A program made the translations under genes and the position numbers. A DNA stretch of 64,000 bases, taken from Squalus acanthias. Its lineage: Eukaryota. This document shows positions 61,301 to 64,000 of this stretch, in pieces. Position 1 is the stretch's first letter. Every line of letters starts with the position of its first letter. Under the pieces are notes generated by a model. It saw nothing but the letters and a program-made list of their open reading frames with translations, had not been told where the DNA came from and searched no databases. The stretch covers positions 29,452,001 through 29,516,000 of the forward strand of contig CM059432.1 in the NCBI GenBank assembly GCA_030390025.1. Reading direction: 5' to 3'.

Positions 61301-64000
61301 GCTCTCTATTATCCAGTGTAACATACTGCCACCTCTTTATTATCCTCAGTGTAACACACTGCCAGCTCTCTATTATCCTCAGTGTAACACACTGCCAGCT
61401 CTCTATTATCCTCAGTGTAACACATTGCCAGCTCTCTATTATCCAGTGTAACACACTGCCAGCTCTCTATTATCCAGTGTAACACACTGCCAGCTCTCTA
61501 TTATCCAGTGTAAAACACTGCCAGCTCTCTATTATCCTCAGTGTAACACACTGCCAGCTCTCTATTATCCTCAGTGTAACACACTGCCAGCTCTCTATTA
61601 TCCGCAGTGTAACACACTGCCAGCTCTCTATTATCCTCAGTGTAACACACTGCCAGCTCTCTATTATCCTCAATGTAACACACTGCCAGCTCTCTATTAT
61701 CCAGTGTAACACACTGCCAGCTGTCTATTATCCTCAGTGTAACACACTGCCAGCTCTCTATTATCCGCAGTGTAACACACTGCCAGCTCTCTATTATCTC
61801 AGTGTAACACACTGCCAGCTCTCTATTATCCTCAGTGTAACACACTGCCAGCTCTCTATTATCCAGTGTAACACACTGCCAGCTCTCTATTATCCAGTGT
61901 AACACACTGCCAGCACTCTATTATCCAGTGTAACACACTGCCAGCTCCTCTATTATCCTCAGTGTAACACACTGCCAGCTCTCTATTATCCTCAGTGTAA
62001 CACACTGCCAGCTCTCTATTATCCTCAGTGTAACACACTGCCAGCTCTCTATTATCCAGTGTAACACACTGCCAGCTCTCTATTATCCTCAGTGTAACAC
62101 ACTGCCAGCTCTCTATTATCCTCAGTGTAACACACTGCCAGCTCTCTATTATCCTCAGTGTAACACACTGCCAGCTCTCTATTATCCTCAGTGTAACACA
62201 CTGCCAGCTCTCTATTATCCTCAGTGTAACACACTGCCAGCTCTCTATTATCCAGTGTAACACACTGCCAGCTCTCTATTATCCTCAGTGTAACACACTG
62301 CCAGCTCTCTATTATCCTCAGTGTAACACACTGCCAGCTCTCTATTATCCAGTGTAACACACTGCCAGCTCTCTATTATCCTCAGTGTAACACACTGCCA
62401 GCTCTCTATTATCCTCAGTGTAACACACTGCCAGCTCTCTATTATCCTCAGTGTAACACACTGCCAGCTCTCTATTATCCTCAGTGTAACACACTGCCAG
62501 CTCTCTATTATCCTAGTGTAACACACTGCCAGCTCTCTATTATCCTCAGTGTAACACACTGCCAGCTCTCTATTATCCTCAGTGTAACACACTGCCAGCT
62601 CTCTATTATCTCAGTGTAACACACTGCCAGCTCTCTATTATCCTCAGTGTAACACACTGCCAGCTCTCTATTATCCTCAGTGTAACACACTGCCAGCTCT
62701 CTATTATCCAGTGTAACACACTGCCAGCTCTCTATTATCCTCAGTGTAACACACTGCCAGCTCTCTATTATCCTCAGTGTAACACACTGCCAGCTCTCTA
62801 TTATCCTCAGTGTAACACACTGCCAGCTCTCTATTATCCTCAGTGTAACACACTGCCAGCTCTCTATTATCCTCAGTGTAACACACTGCCAGCTCTCTAT
62901 TATCCAGTGTAACACACTGCCAGCTCTCTATTATCCTCAGTGTAACACACTGCCAGCTCTCTATTATCCTCAGTGTAACACACTGCCAGCTCTCTATTAT
63001 CCTCAGTGTAACACACTGCCAGCTCTCTATTATCCTCAGTGTAACACACTGCCAGCTCTCTATTATCCTCAGTGTAACACACTGCCAGCTCTCTATTATC
63101 CTCAGTGTAACACACTGCCAGCTCTCTATTATCCTCAGTGTAACACACTGCCAGCTCTCTATTATCCTCAGTGTAACACACTGCCAGCTCTCTATTATCC
63201 TCAGTGTAACACACTGCCAGCTCTCTATTATCCTCAGTGTAACACACTGCCAGCTCTCTATTATCCAGTGTAACACACTGCCAGCTCTCTATTATCCTCA
63301 GTGTAACACACTGCCAGCTCTCTATTATCCTCAGTGTAACACACTGCCAGCTCTCTATTATCCTCAGTGGAACACACTGCCAGCTCTCTATTATCCTCAG
63401 TGTAACACACTGCCAGCTCTCTATTATCCTCAGTGTAACACACTGCCAGCTCTCTATTATCCTCAGTGTAACACACTGCCAGCTCTCTATTATCCTCAGT
63501 GTAACACACTGCCAGCTCTCTATTATCCTCAGTGTAACACACTGCCAGCTCTCTATTATCCTCAGTGTAACACACTGCCAGCTCTCTATTATCCTCAGTG
63601 TAACACACTGCCAGCTCTCTATTATCCAGTGTAACACACTGCCAGCTCTCTATTATCCTCAGTGTAACACACTGCCAGCTCTCTATTATCCTCAGTGTAA
63701 CACACTGCCAGCTCTCTATTATCCTCAGTGTAACACACTGCCAGCTCTCTATTATCCTCAGTGTAACACACTGCCAGCTCTCTATTATCCTCAGTGTAAC
63801 ACACTGCCAGCTCTCTATTATCCTCAGTGTAACACACTGCCAGCTCTCTATTATCCTCAGTGTAACACACTGCCAGCTCTCTATTATCCTCAGTGTAACA
63901 CACTGCCAGCTCTCTATTATCCTCAGTGTAACACACTGCCAGCTCTCTATTATCCTCAGTGTAACACACTGCCAGCTCTCTATTATCCTCAGTGTAACAC
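31371..64000. repeat. 33-bp satellite CAGTGTAACACACTGCCAGCTCTCTATTATCCT with interspersed 31-bp variants; runs off the window end
   Basis: Continuous tandem units. The 31-bp form lacks CT. The left edge is degenerate. Confidence 0.99.
47416..47987 (-). mobile_element. CR1 3' fragment inserted in the 33-bp satellite
   Basis: Minus strand PQLEYCAQFWSPNLRKDILAIEGVQRRFTRLIPGM...KGYGEKAGMGY*, followed by a CR1 3' UTR and (TTTCTATG)n tail. Confidence 0.95.

Noticed and set aside
31460..63969. Many ORFs with 11-aa repeats (ESWQCVTLRII, ELAVCYTEDNR, QCNTLPALYYP, SVTHCQLSIIL)
   Set aside because: The 33-bp unit is 11 codons and stop-free in four frames. The 31-bp units shift frame freely, and ORFs occur on both strands. 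No sign of coding constraint.
10656..64000. CRISPR-like appearance (29-33-bp repeats, one palindromic)
   Set aside because: Units are head-to-tail with no unique spacers, there are no cas genes, and the context is vertebrate.

Overview
Repeat-dominated eukaryotic DNA, most likely from a cartilaginous fish (shark or ray), inferred from the HE1/V-SINE, SacSINE1/DeuSINE-like and HER1/CR1 families. I found no convincing host gene. 1-10.6 kb is a mosaic of SINEs, a 5'-truncated CR1 LINE with an intact 955-aa APE+RT ORF2, a TA-flanked pogo/Tigger-like MITE and nested insertions. 10.66-23.8 kb is a 29-bp satellite carrying two near-identical 1.12-kb fold-back Penelope-like (GIY-YIG) elements 6,672 bp apart. 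24-31.4 kb holds a decayed Harbinger transposase, a decayed second CR1/L2-group LINE, SINEs and a small palindromic element. 31.4-64 kb is a 33/31-bp satellite with kb-scale block duplications and one CR1 insertion; its many ORFs are artefacts of the 11-codon period. Two signals stand out. (1) Minimal hammerhead-ribozyme cores (CUGACGA...GAAA) lie on both strands of the fold-back Penelope elements and in a 244-bp non-coding, TSD-flanked mini-element of the same design. (2) A canonical -1 frameshift heptamer, U_UUA_AAC, sits directly before the CR1 ORF1 stop and leads exactly into an ORF2 that has no AUG before its endonuclease domain. All coordinates and counts were read by eye.
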